Shown: positions 25,285 to 32,600, counted from the first letter of the stretch. The stretch is 32,600 nucleotides of DNA from Candidatus Fermentibacteraceae bacterium (GCA_041686025.1 JAWLEP010000002.1:40971-73570), one strand, 5' to 3'. Notes: a model not told the origin generated them from the letters alone. A program made the numbers and translations.

Positions 25285-27615
25285 CTAGCCGCACTCGCTG
25301 TAGCCGCAGTTCAGCGCGCAGGAGACGCAGCCCGACTCGTACTTCAGGGGCCCCCCGCAGTTGGGACAGGCGCCCGCGTGGTTGCCCGGGTTCCCGTCGC
25401 CTTCCGCGGGGTCCCCCCGGCCCGCACTCTCGGTGCCGTGCCACTGTATGGCCTTTCCTATGGCATCGGCGCAGGACATTATCCGCACCCCCTTCTGCCA
25501 CACCACGCGGTGGCAGCTGATGCCCATCAGCTCGCTGCAGATCTCCCCGGGGGGTATTCCCGACCGCAGCGCCAGCGAGACCAGGCGGCTTATGGCCTCC
25601 GCCTGGCTGGCGGCGCAGCCCCCGGCCTTCCCCATCTGGGTGAAGATCTCGAAGGGTCCGTTCTCGTCGCTGTTGATGGTGACGTATAGCTTGCCGCAGC
25701 CGGTCTGGATCCTCCTTGTGGTCCCCGTGGTCAGCTCCGGCCTGCTCCTGGGCTTCCTCGGCTGCAGGGAGGCCACGGGGGACTCAGATTCCTCCGTCTC
25801 CCCCTCGGCCCGGTCGATGTTCAGCACCTGGCGGTCCCTGCTGCCGTCGCGGTAGATGGTCACGCCCTTGCAGTTCAGGCTGCGGGCCAGTGTGAACACA
25901 TCCGCAACGTCGTCCCTGGTGGCCGAGGAGGGCATGTTGACCGTCTTGGAGACCGCGTTGTCGGTGTACTTCTGGAAGGCGGCCTGCATCCGCACGTGCC
26001 AGGAGGGGGATATGTCGTGGGAGGTGACGAAGACCCTGGCCGCCTCCTCGGGGACCTGGTCCAGACCCCGGCAGCTTCCCTGCTCGGCCACCCGGTCGAG
26101 GAGCTCGTCGGACAGGAAGCCCCCCTTGCCTGCGGCCTCGGCGAACAGCGGGTTCACCTCCCGGAGCTCGTCTCCCTCGTCCAGCAGGTTGCGGCGGATG
26201 TAGGCCAGGGCGAAGGCCGGCTCCACCCCGCTGGAGCACCCGGCGATGATGGAGATGGACCCGGTGGGGGCGATGGTGGTAACGGTGGCGTTGCGCATGG
26301 GGGGCAGGCCCTGCCGCTCGTAGGTGCTGCCGCGGAAGTTGGGGAAGGGCTCCCGCTCCCGGGCCAGCTCGGTGCTGGTCTGCCGGGCCCTGTCGGCCAC
26401 GAAGCTCATCACGTTCTCGGCCATGTCCAGGCCCTCCTGGGAGTCGTAGGGGATGCCCAGCCGGTAAAGCAGGTCGGCGAATCCCATGACCCCCAGCCCG
26501 ATCTTGCGGTTGCCCCGGACCATGCGGTCGATCTGCTCCAGGGGGAACCGGTTCACCTCGATTACATCGTCGAGGAACCGCACCGCCTGCCGGACCACCC
26601 TTCCCAGCCGCGGCCAGTCCACCTCCGGGCCGGCCTCCCCCTCCTTCACCATCAGAGAGAGGTTCACCGAGCCCAGGTTGCAGGCCTCGTAGGGCAGCAG
26701 GGGCTGCTCGCCGCAGGGGTTGGTGGCCTCTATCTCGCCCACGTGGGGGGTGGGGTTGGCCTCGTTCATCCGGTCGATGAAGATCAGGCCGGGCTCCCCG
26801 CTGGACCAGGCGGCGTCCACCAGCCTGCCGAAGACCTCGCCGGCGTCCAGGGAGGCGGTGGCGTCCCCCGTCCTGGGGTTCACCAGGTCGTAGCGCTCCC
26901 CCTTGTCCACCGCGTCCATGAACCGATCGGTGGCGGCCACCGAGAGGTTGAAGTTGTTCAGCCGCTTCATGTCCCGCTTCACATCGATGAAGTCCTCTAT
27001 GTCCGGATGGTCCACCCGCAGGACGGCCATGTTGGCCCCCCTGCGGACGCCCCCCTGCTTCACGGTCTCTGTAGCCTTGTCGAAGACGGTCATGAACGAG
27101 AGCGGGCCGCTGGAGACCCCCTTGGTGGAATGGACCGCGTCGTCCCTGGGCCGGACGCGGGAGAAGGAGAAGCCCGTACCCCCGCCGCTCTTGTGGATCA
27201 GGGCCGTGTGCTTCACCGCCTCGAAGATGCTCTCCATGGAGTCCTCCACGGGGAGGACGAAGCAGGCGGAGAGCTGGCCCAGCTCCCGGCCCGCGTTCAT
27301 CAGCGTGGGGGAGTTCGGCAGGAACTCCCTGCCCGCCATCAGGTTGTAGAACTCAATGGCCCTGCCCTCGGAGTCGCCCCCGAACCCTTCCTCGGCGGAG
27401 GCCACCGTCCGGGCCACCCTCCAGAACATGTCCCGGGGACTCTCCGTCACCTCCCCCTCCGGAGTACGGCGCAGGTATCGCTTCCGAAGAACGGTCACGG
27501 CGTTCTCCGACAGCTCCGGCTCCAGTATCTCCGACTCGAAGCTTCCGCTCTCGCCTGCGGGCGGGGCGTCCACCCTCTCCCCGAACAGGTCCTCTCTGGC
27601 TTCAAAATCCCCCAA
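25285..27615 (-). CDS. nrdJ: Adenosylcobalamin-dependent (class II) ribonucleotide reductase with TSCPD and C-terminal zinc-ribbon domains, ~776 aa
   Basis: GGAGG RBS 7 nt before TTG 27615. FLPNSPTLMNAG, QLSACFV, RRGANM, NPCGEQPL, CNLGSVNL, TIAPTG, VSKTVN, KGVTIYRDGSR, TGCGKLYVTIN, SCADAI, CPNC...C..CGYSECG. No ATP-cone and no nrdB nearby. Confidence 0.94.
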   Translation of the reverse strand: MGDFEAREDLFGERVDAPPAGESGSFESEILEPELSENAVTVLRKRYLRRTPEGEVTESPRDMFWRVARTVASAEEGFGGDSEGRAIEFYNLMAGREFLPNSPTLMNAGRELGQLSACFVLPVEDSMESIFEAVKHTALIHKSGGGTGFSFSRVRPRDDAVHSTKGVSSGPLSFMTVFDKATETVKQGGVRRGANMAVLRVDHPDIEDFIDVKRDMKRLNNFNLSVAATDRFMDAVDKGERYDLVNPRTGDATASLDAGEVFGRLVDAAWSSGEPGLIFIDRMNEANPTPHVGEIEATNPCGEQPLLPYEACNLGSVNLSLMVKEGEAGPEVDWPRLGRVVRQAVRFLDDVIEVNRFPLEQIDRMVRGNRKIGLGVMGFADLLYRLGIPYDSQEGLDMAENVMSFVADRARQTSTELAREREPFPNFRGSTYERQGLPPMRNATVTTIAPTGSISIIAGCSSGVEPAFALAYIRRNLLDEGDELREVNPLFAEAAGKGGFLSDELLDRVAEQGSCRGLDQVPEEAARVFVTSHDISPSWHVRMQAAFQKYTDNAVSKTVNMPSSATRDDVADVFTLARSLNCKGVTIYRDGSRDRQVLNIDRAEGETEESESPVASLQPRKPRSRPELTTGTTRRIQTGCGKLYVTINSDENGPFEIFTQMGKAGGCAASQAEAISRLVSLALRSGIPPGEICSELMGISCHRVVWQKGVRIMSCADAIGKAIQWHGTESAGRGDPAEGDGNPGNHAGACPNCGGPLKYESGCVSCALNCGYSECG

Positions 27616-27666
27616 TATGGGCCCTCCAGACGTTCGAAGCGCTTCCAGAACACACAGTGTATCCTG

Positions 27667-27696
27667 ACGGTAAACAGCGGGGCCGGCCGCTGTCAA
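27667..27696 (-). promoter_or_regulatory. Putative sigma70 promoter of nrdJ
   Basis: Minus strand TTGACA (27696-27691), 18-nt spacer, TACCGT (27672-27667), directly abutting the proximal NrdR box. Confidence 0.5.
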
Positions 27697-27743
27697 CACA
27701 ACATGTGGTATTCATGGCGCACCCAGAACACAATTGGTTGTGC
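27696..27743. promoter_or_regulatory. Tandem NrdR boxes
   Basis: ACACAACATGTGGTAT (27696-27711) and ACACAATTGGTTGTGC (27728-27743) resemble the NrdR consensus acaCwAtATaTwGtgt. Their starts are 32 bp apart, the typical tandem spacing, and they lie upstream of a ribonucleotide reductase. Confidence 0.75.
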
Positions 27744-27880
27744 CGCATCGACCTGGCCCATCCTTCCGAGGCCGGCGGTCTCCCTCCGGCGCGGTCCCTG
27801 TCCGGCCGGCGTACTCTTGCCCGTCCGCAGGGGCCCTAGTAGACTAATGTGGACAGGATGAACACCCATGGAAGGAATGT

Positions 27881-28453
27881 ATGGCCGAAGACGGCAAGAG
27901 CAGACGCGAGCTCTTCGAGGAAGAGGTAATGGAGTTCATAGACGGCCTGTACGGCTATGCGCTCCATCTCACCCGCAATCCCGAAGATGCCTGCGACCTG
28001 GTCCAGGAGACGTACGCCAGGGCGTTCAAGGCCCAGGAGCAGTACACTCTGGGAACCAATGCCAGGGCCTGGCTGTTCGCGATATTGAGGAACACGTTTC
28101 TGAACCAGATCCGGTCCGCCAGCAGGCGCCCGAAGGAGGTTCAGTGCGACTGGGTGGACGAGCTTCCCCACCACGGGGTGGAGGAGATACGGAAGTTCGG
28201 TCCCGACCCGTACGACCAGTTCCTCAACGACCTCCTGCGGGAGGACATAGAGAAGGCTCTGGACGAGCTTCCGGAACCGTTCAAGAGCGCGGTGGTTCTA
28301 TGCGACGTAGAAGGGTTCTCCTACAAGGAGATATCGGAGATACTGGGGGTTCCCATAGGTACGGTTCGGTCACGCATACACCGGGGCCGGTCGCACCTCC
28401 GCAAGAGACTGGAGAGATGGTACGAGAAACGGGAGGGAGAGAAAAAGGCTTGA
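27881..28453 (+). CDS. ECF RNA polymerase sigma factor (SigR/SigH-like), 190 aa
   Basis: AAGGA RBS. Sigma2 LYGYALHLTRNPEDACDLVQETY...AWLFAILRNTFLN and sigma4 LDELPEPFKSAVVLCDVEGFSYKEISEILGVPIGTVRSRIHRGR. Confidence 0.95.
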   Translation: MAEDGKSRRELFEEEVMEFIDGLYGYALHLTRNPEDACDLVQETYARAFKAQEQYTLGTNARAWLFAILRNTFLNQIRSASRRPKEVQCDWVDELPHHGVEEIRKFGPDPYDQFLNDLLREDIEKALDELPEPFKSAVVLCDVEGFSYKEISEILGVPIGTVRSRIHRGRSHLRKRLERWYEKREGEKKA

Positions 28454-28668
28454 GCTGCGCTTTTGTCCACAGCAACATTCACGACTTCATCTCGGGCGAG
28501 CTCGGGGAGGAGGACCGAAGACGGTTTGAGAACCATCTTCATGAGTGTGCTTCCTGCCGTTCGTGCGTCAACAATATGTCGATGCTCCGGAACAGGTTGG
28601 GGGACCTGCTGCGGTCCCGGGCCCCCGGGCATCTTCGTGACAGGCTGGTCGTGAGAGGGAAGGCCTAG
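28450..28668 (+). CDS. Zinc-binding anti-sigma (ZAS / zf-HC2) domain, 72 aa
   Basis: TTG 28450 overlaps the sigma stop (TTGA). MSCAFVHSNIHDFISGEL...FENHLHECASCRSC...APGHLRDRL contains HxxxCxxC. Ends at TAG 28666-28668. Confidence 0.88.
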   Translation: MSCAFVHSNIHDFISGELGEEDRRRFENHLHECASCRSCVNNMSMLRNRLGDLLRSRAPGHLRDRLVVRGKA

Positions 28669-28677
28669 GTAGCTTCC

Positions 28678-29115
28678 TTGAGTCCGCACCGCTTCACTTC
28701 CGCGGCTCTGGCGACGTTCTGCGTCGTCATGCTGGCGGCTATTCCCGTCCTCTTCCGACAGCCTCCCTCCACCATCTCCAGCCGCGGCCGGCTGCTGGAG
28801 CTGACTGTCCCGGTTTCCGCCGCGGACCCCATGAGGGAGAACTGGTCGCAGGCCGCGCTGGACAGCGCGGCCAACGCCTTTCACAGCGGTCTGCGCCTTC
28901 CGCCGCAGCCCTCGGAGCGCCTGGCCGTGGGCGCCCACAGCCTCTACCCCTACAGCTTCCTCACCGTCCGCGGCAGCCGGACCCTCACGGTTGCCCTCAG
29001 CCCCCCCTGGCCCCCCCGGCCGGCAAGGCAGCGGATGCCGTCGGGCACACTGCTGGATGGCCCCGTCAGGTCCGGCGGATGCCTGGTCTACACGCTGCAG
29101 TCCCCCGACGAATGA
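28678..29115 (+). CDS. Hypothetical single-pass membrane protein, possibly the C-terminal half of the anti-sigma factor
   Basis: TTG start, hydrophobic helix AALATFCVVMLAAIPVLF, in the same frame as the ZAS ORF. Its TGA overlaps the next ATG (ATGA at 29112-29115). Confidence 0.6.
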   Translation: MSPHRFTSAALATFCVVMLAAIPVLFRQPPSTISSRGRLLELTVPVSAADPMRENWSQAALDSAANAFHSGLRLPPQPSERLAVGAHSLYPYSFLTVRGSRTLTVALSPPWPPRPARQRMPSGTLLDGPVRSGGCLVYTLQSPDE

Positions 29116-29609
29116 TCCCCCGCAGCCTGCTCACGTCCGCCGTCCTGGTCCTGCTGCTGGCCTGCTCGGGCGATGACGGACCCGCCCCTTCTCCGCAGCC
29201 CGAGCTGGAGCCGGACCCGGTGGCCCGCCTTCCCGCCACTCTGGTGGGGCCGGAGGGAGACACCGTGGACGTAGCCGGCGACAGCGCCGTGGTGGTCTAC
29301 CTCTGGCTCCCCCTGGCGGGCCACCGGCCCACCGAGCGCGACCTGCGGGCGCTGGCCCGAATGGCCGAGAGCGGCAGGGCCAGGGTCCTGCCCATCCAGC
29401 TCTCGTCCGGGTCCCGCAACGCGGCTCAGACCCAGGTGAACGGCCTCGGCCTCTCCATGGCCGTCTACCTGGCCGACTCCTGCATACTGCAGAGCATGGA
29501 CGCCCGCCACCTGCCGTCGGTGCTGCTGGTGAGGCCGGGCGGCCAGCGGGCGGCCAGGGGATTCGGGGCCGCCTCCCGCCTGCTCCTGGGAGAGGGCGAG
29601 CGACAGTGA
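29112..29609 (+). CDS. Lipoprotein with TlpA/ResA-like thioredoxin fold lacking CxxC, 165 aa
   Basis: Lipobox LLLAC after a hydrophobic stretch and a Pro-rich tether. LVGPEGDTVDV, VVVYLW and HLPSVLLVRPGG match TlpA-like patterns. ATGA and GTGA overlaps with neighbours. Confidence 0.6.
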   Translation: MIPRSLLTSAVLVLLLACSGDDGPAPSPQPELEPDPVARLPATLVGPEGDTVDVAGDSAVVVYLWLPLAGHRPTERDLRALARMAESGRARVLPIQLSSGSRNAAQTQVNGLGLSMAVYLADSCILQSMDARHLPSVLLVRPGGQRAARGFGAASRLLLGEGERQ

Positions 29610-30361
29610 CCCACTACCTGATCGCCGACGCCCACCTGTTTCCCCCACCGGCGGAGCACCCCGGCCGGGAGCGGCTGCTGGATTTTCTGGACAGTCTGCT
29701 GGAGGGCCAGCCGGCGGCGCTGTGGATACTGGGCGACCTGTTCGACTTCTGGTTCGAGTACCGCTCGGTGGCCCCGGCCGGCCACTGGAGGGTCCTCTCC
29801 TCGCTGCGGGCTCTCACCGACGCCGGATGGGAAGTCCGCGCCCTCCCCGGCAACCACGACAGCTGGCTTGGCGGGAGCTTCGAGGAGGCCACCGGGGCCC
29901 GGGTTCTGCCGGAGCGCATCGTAAGGGCCGAGCTTGCCGGACGGAAAGCGGTCCTGGCCCACGGTGACGGCCTGGGACCCGGCGACCTCGGCTACCGTCT
30001 GCTGCTGAGGCCCGTTCTCCGGGCCAGGCTGTCGGCCCTCCTCTTCGGGCTTTTGCATCCCGACCTGGGCAGGGGCCTGGCCCGTCTCTTCTCCGGCACC
30101 AGCCGGCGCATACTGCGGCGCAGCGTCGAGGAGCTGCCCCCGGGGCTGGCCCGCTGGGCCGAAGGGATGCTGGACTCCGCCGAGCTGGTGGTCACCGCCC
30201 ACACCCACGTGCCCCTCATCAGATCCCTTCGGGCGGGGATCCACCTCTCCCTGGGGGACTGGATAAGGAGCTTCAGCTGGGCCAGGGTCGACCGCGAGGG
30301 CGTCGCCCTCTACTGCCAAGGCGACCTTGCCGACAGCAGTCCCTGGCCGGAAGGAGCTTGA
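29606..30361 (+). CDS. lpxH: UDP-2,3-diacylglucosamine diphosphatase (LpxH-like metallophosphoesterase)
   Basis: IADAHL, LGDLFDFWFEY, GNHD, HGDGLGPGDLGY, AHTH, LGDW motifs. Confidence 0.82.
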   Translation: MTHYLIADAHLFPPPAEHPGRERLLDFLDSLLEGQPAALWILGDLFDFWFEYRSVAPAGHWRVLSSLRALTDAGWEVRALPGNHDSWLGGSFEEATGARVLPERIVRAELAGRKAVLAHGDGLGPGDLGYRLLLRPVLRARLSALLFGLLHPDLGRGLARLFSGTSRRILRRSVEELPPGLARWAEGMLDSAELVVTAHTHVPLIRSLRAGIHLSLGDWIRSFSWARVDREGVALYCQGDLADSSPWPEGA

Positions 30362-30393
30362 CACCGTCGCCGCGGCCGGGGAATCTTCCCCCC

Positions 30394-31329
30394 ATGGATG
30401 ACAACGGCGCACCCCGCGTAACGGTTGTGGTTCCCGCCTACAACGAGGCCCGGAGCCTGCCCGAGCTCCTTGCCGAGACCGGCGAGGCCCTGGAGGGCAT
30501 CCCCTGGGAGGCCGTGGTGGTGGACGACGGCAGCACCGACTCCACCTGGAACGTCCTGCTCGACCTGAAAGGCGAGTATCCGCTTACCGCGCTGAGGCTG
30601 GGCCGCAACCAGGGCAAGGCGGCGGCCCTGGCCGCCGGCTTCTCCCGGGCCCGGGGCAGGTACGTGGCCACGCTGGACGCCGACCTGCAGGACGACCCGG
30701 CGGAGATTCCGGCCATGATAGAGCTGATGGAGGAGCAGGGGCTCGACCTGGTGAGCGGCTGGAAGCGAAAGCGCCACGACCCGGTTACCAAGACGCTGCC
30801 CTCCAAGCTCTTCAACCTCACCGTCCGCCTCACCACCGGCATACGGCTGCACGACTTCAACTGCGGCCTCAAGGTCTACCGCAGGGCCGCCGCGAAGAGC
30901 CTGCGGCTGTACGGCGAGATGCACCGCTACACTCCGGTGATAGCCGCCCAGCTGGGCTTCCGGGTGGGCGAGAAGCCCGTCCATCACAGGCCCCGCCGCT
31001 ACGGCAGCACCAAGTACGGCATGGCCCGCTTCTTCCGGGGCTACGCCGACCTGATCACCGTCCTGTTCCTGCACCGCTACTCCCTGCGGCCCCTGCACTT
31101 CTTCGGGGGCATAGGCACGGTGCTCTTCCTGGCCGGCTTCGTGATCTCCCTCTACCTTACCGTCGTCTGGTTCGGCGGGGAGCCCATCGGCAACCGCCCG
31201 CTGCTGCTGCTGGGGATACTGCTCCTCATAGTGGGCTTTCAGTTCATCTCCCTGGGCCTGCTGGGGGAGATGCTCCTCAAGCTCAGCTCCCGGAAGACCT
31301 TCCATATCCGCGAGGAGCTGGAGGAGTAG
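30394..31329 (+). CDS. GT2 polyprenol-phosphate glycosyltransferase (ArnC/DPM1-like), ~311 aa
   Basis: VVVPAYNE, VDDGSTD, NQGKAAAL, LDADLQDDP, DFNCGLK, GEMHRY, HRPRRYGSTKY, two C-terminal TM helices, GLLGE. Confidence 0.92.
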   Translation: MDDNGAPRVTVVVPAYNEARSLPELLAETGEALEGIPWEAVVVDDGSTDSTWNVLLDLKGEYPLTALRLGRNQGKAAALAAGFSRARGRYVATLDADLQDDPAEIPAMIELMEEQGLDLVSGWKRKRHDPVTKTLPSKLFNLTVRLTTGIRLHDFNCGLKVYRRAAAKSLRLYGEMHRYTPVIAAQLGFRVGEKPVHHRPRRYGSTKYGMARFFRGYADLITVLFLHRYSLRPLHFFGGIGTVLFLAGFVISLYLTVVWFGGEPIGNRPLLLLGILLLIVGFQFISLGLLGEMLLKLSSRKTFHIREELEE

Positions 31330-31457
31330 GAAGGGCCAAGGCTTCCGCCATGCCACTCCTTCCCATATACCTCTACCCTGCTTAGGATAGACCTTCTCCC
31401 TATGCTGCAGCCAAGGCGATGGATCAAGGCCATGACGAAGGGAGGGGGAGAGAACCG

Positions 31458-32561
31458 TTGAGAATCGCCCTTGTGTCTCCAATGCCTCCTCTCCGGGGAG
31501 GGATATCGGAGTTCTCCTCGCGGTTGGCTGCACAGCTATCCGATATGGGAAATGCTGTTACAGCCTTATCATATTCGCTGCTCTACCCGGGATTCCTCTT
31601 CCCCGGCAAGACACAGTACAATGAGGGCGCGAGGTCGCCAGTGCCCACGGCACATACAATCAACTCCATCAATCCCATAACCTGGCTCAGGGCCAGAAGG
31701 CATATTGCGAATGGGAATTTCGATGCCGCGGTTCTTGCCTGGTGGCATCCTTTCTTCGCGCCCTGCATTATCGGGAGTCTGCCCCGTGGCATACGGACAG
31801 CCGCGATCTGTCACAACGTCGTGCCGCATGATCCATTCCCGTTTTCCAGTATCCTCGCCAGGCAGATCCTGAAAAAGGCGGAAATCGCCATAGTCCATTC
31901 CGACGAAGACCTGAAGAAGGCCAGACAGGTGTGTGATGAGACAAGCATTATAAAACTCTACCACCCAATTTACGACCAGTACACAAGAGCGGCTCCTTCC
32001 CGGAAATCCGCCAGGAAGGATTTGGGTTACTCCTCCCGGGAACGCGTTGTGCTATTCTTCGGGCTTGTCCGACCGTACAAGGGTTTGCTGGATCTGATAA
32101 ACGCCATGGACCAACTGGAGGAGAGCGTTCGCCTCCTCATCGTGGGTGAGCCATATGGGGATGCGTCAATGTACCAATCCGCATTGAGCAAGCAGTCCGC
32201 AGCCGGAAGGGCCATCTGGATAGACCGCTTCGTTTGCGATAACGAGGTGGGCAAGTTCTTCCGGGCTGCCGATGCGGTTGCACTCCCGTATCGCCATGCG
32301 ACCCAGAGCGGTGTGGGCCAGATTGCACTCTCCTTCGGAATACCGCTGGTCGTGACAGATGTCGGTGGGCTCCCTGAGATGGTCGAACCCGGCGTAACGG
32401 GTTTCGTGGCTGAGGCGGGAGAACCGGCAAGCATCGCCGAAGCGATACGCTCGGCTCTTTCGATATCCCAATCGGCACAGACGAAGCAGCTCGTGCTCGG
32501 AAAGGCGGGGGAGTTCAGCTGGCGAAGGTACGCCGAGGTCCTGCTGGAGAGCCTGCGATGA
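31458..32561 (+). CDS. GT4 family glycosyltransferase, ~367 aa
   Basis: GGAGGGGGAG RBS before TTG 31458 (an in-frame ATG exists at 31419). PLRGGI, LYPGFLFPGKTQ, HNVVPH, FFGLVRPYKG, LPYRHATQSGV, TDVGGLPE. Confidence 0.9.
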   Translation: MRIALVSPMPPLRGGISEFSSRLAAQLSDMGNAVTALSYSLLYPGFLFPGKTQYNEGARSPVPTAHTINSINPITWLRARRHIANGNFDAAVLAWWHPFFAPCIIGSLPRGIRTAAICHNVVPHDPFPFSSILARQILKKAEIAIVHSDEDLKKARQVCDETSIIKLYHPIYDQYTRAAPSRKSARKDLGYSSRERVVLFFGLVRPYKGLLDLINAMDQLEESVRLLIVGEPYGDASMYQSALSKQSAAGRAIWIDRFVCDNEVGKFFRAADAVALPYRHATQSGVGQIALSFGIPLVVTDVGGLPEMVEPGVTGFVAEAGEPASIAEAIRSALSISQSAQTKQLVLGKAGEFSWRRYAEVLLESLR

Positions 32562-32600
32562 AGGTCCTGCTCACGGGGGCCGGCGGATTCATCGGAAGGC
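32558..32600 (+). CDS. NAD-dependent epimerase/dehydratase (SDR), N-terminus only
   Basis: ATGA overlap with the GT4 stop. MKVLLTGAGGFIGR is a Rossmann TGxxGxxG motif. Truncated by the window end. Confidence 0.75.
   Translation, partial: MKVLLTGAGGFIGR

Noticed and set aside
16862..27615. Inteins or introns in dnaB and nrdJ, both common hosts
   Set aside because: Both proteins are of normal length with contiguous motifs and no splicing signatures.
27868..28449. 266-aa ORF suggesting a long anti-sigma overlapping the sigma gene
   Set aside because: The upstream part is an off-frame read of the sigma gene. The ZAS domain starts at the TTGA overlap at 28450.
28666..28668. Genome-wide amber recoding as the explanation of the in-frame TAG
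   Set aside because: TAG ends the kinase, tolC, PIN/TRAM, yicC, PC4, nrdJ and GT2 genes at their expected C-termini.
31330..31457. Possible anti-SD leader structure or ops/JUMPstart element before GT4
   Set aside because: The pyrimidine tracts could pair with the G-rich RBS only through low-complexity G-U pairing, and no GGCGGTAG ops motif is present.
1..32600. CRISPR arrays, tRNA/rRNA, transposases, integrases, defence systems
   Set aside because: No regularly spaced repeats or such motifs were seen, and the intergenic gaps are too short. The PIN, cNMP and Nudix domains sit in housekeeping contexts.

Overview
High-GC bacterial chromosomal window from a diderm organism (Omp85/TamA, TolC, LpxH-like and lipoprotein genes), almost entirely coding, with about 31 genes. 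No rRNA, tRNA, CRISPR array or mobile element was seen. Layout: tamB-like(partial)/tamA (-); thiD-Nudix fusion and a 70-aa stand-alone DnaJ-type zinc finger (+); PAS/GAF hybrid kinase and fabD (-); a tightly coupled ~12 kb minus-strand run (yicC, gmk-coaB fusion, family-4 UDG, dnaB, radA, PIN/TRAM, ispDF, dedA, glgA, YIP1, tolC, pspC); rqcH, a cNMP-binding protein, deoB, cdd and a PC4-like protein (+); class II ribonucleotide reductase nrdJ with tandem NrdR boxes (-); ECF sigma, ZAS anti-sigma, membrane protein, thioredoxin-like lipoprotein, lpxH-like, GT2, a low-GC GT4 and the start of an NAD-dependent epimerase (+). The most notable observations are (i) guanylate kinase fused directly to a CoaB-only domain, with rpoZ and CoaC absent, (ii) an ECF anti-sigma whose zinc domain and a following transmembrane/extracytoplasmic ORF lie in one frame separated by a single TAG, followed by a CxxC-less TlpA-like lipoprotein, (iii) a ThiD-zinc ribbon-Nudix fusion, and (iv) a glycogen synthase lacking the Lys of the KTGG motif. 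All family assignments come from motif recognition by eye; no database searches were run.
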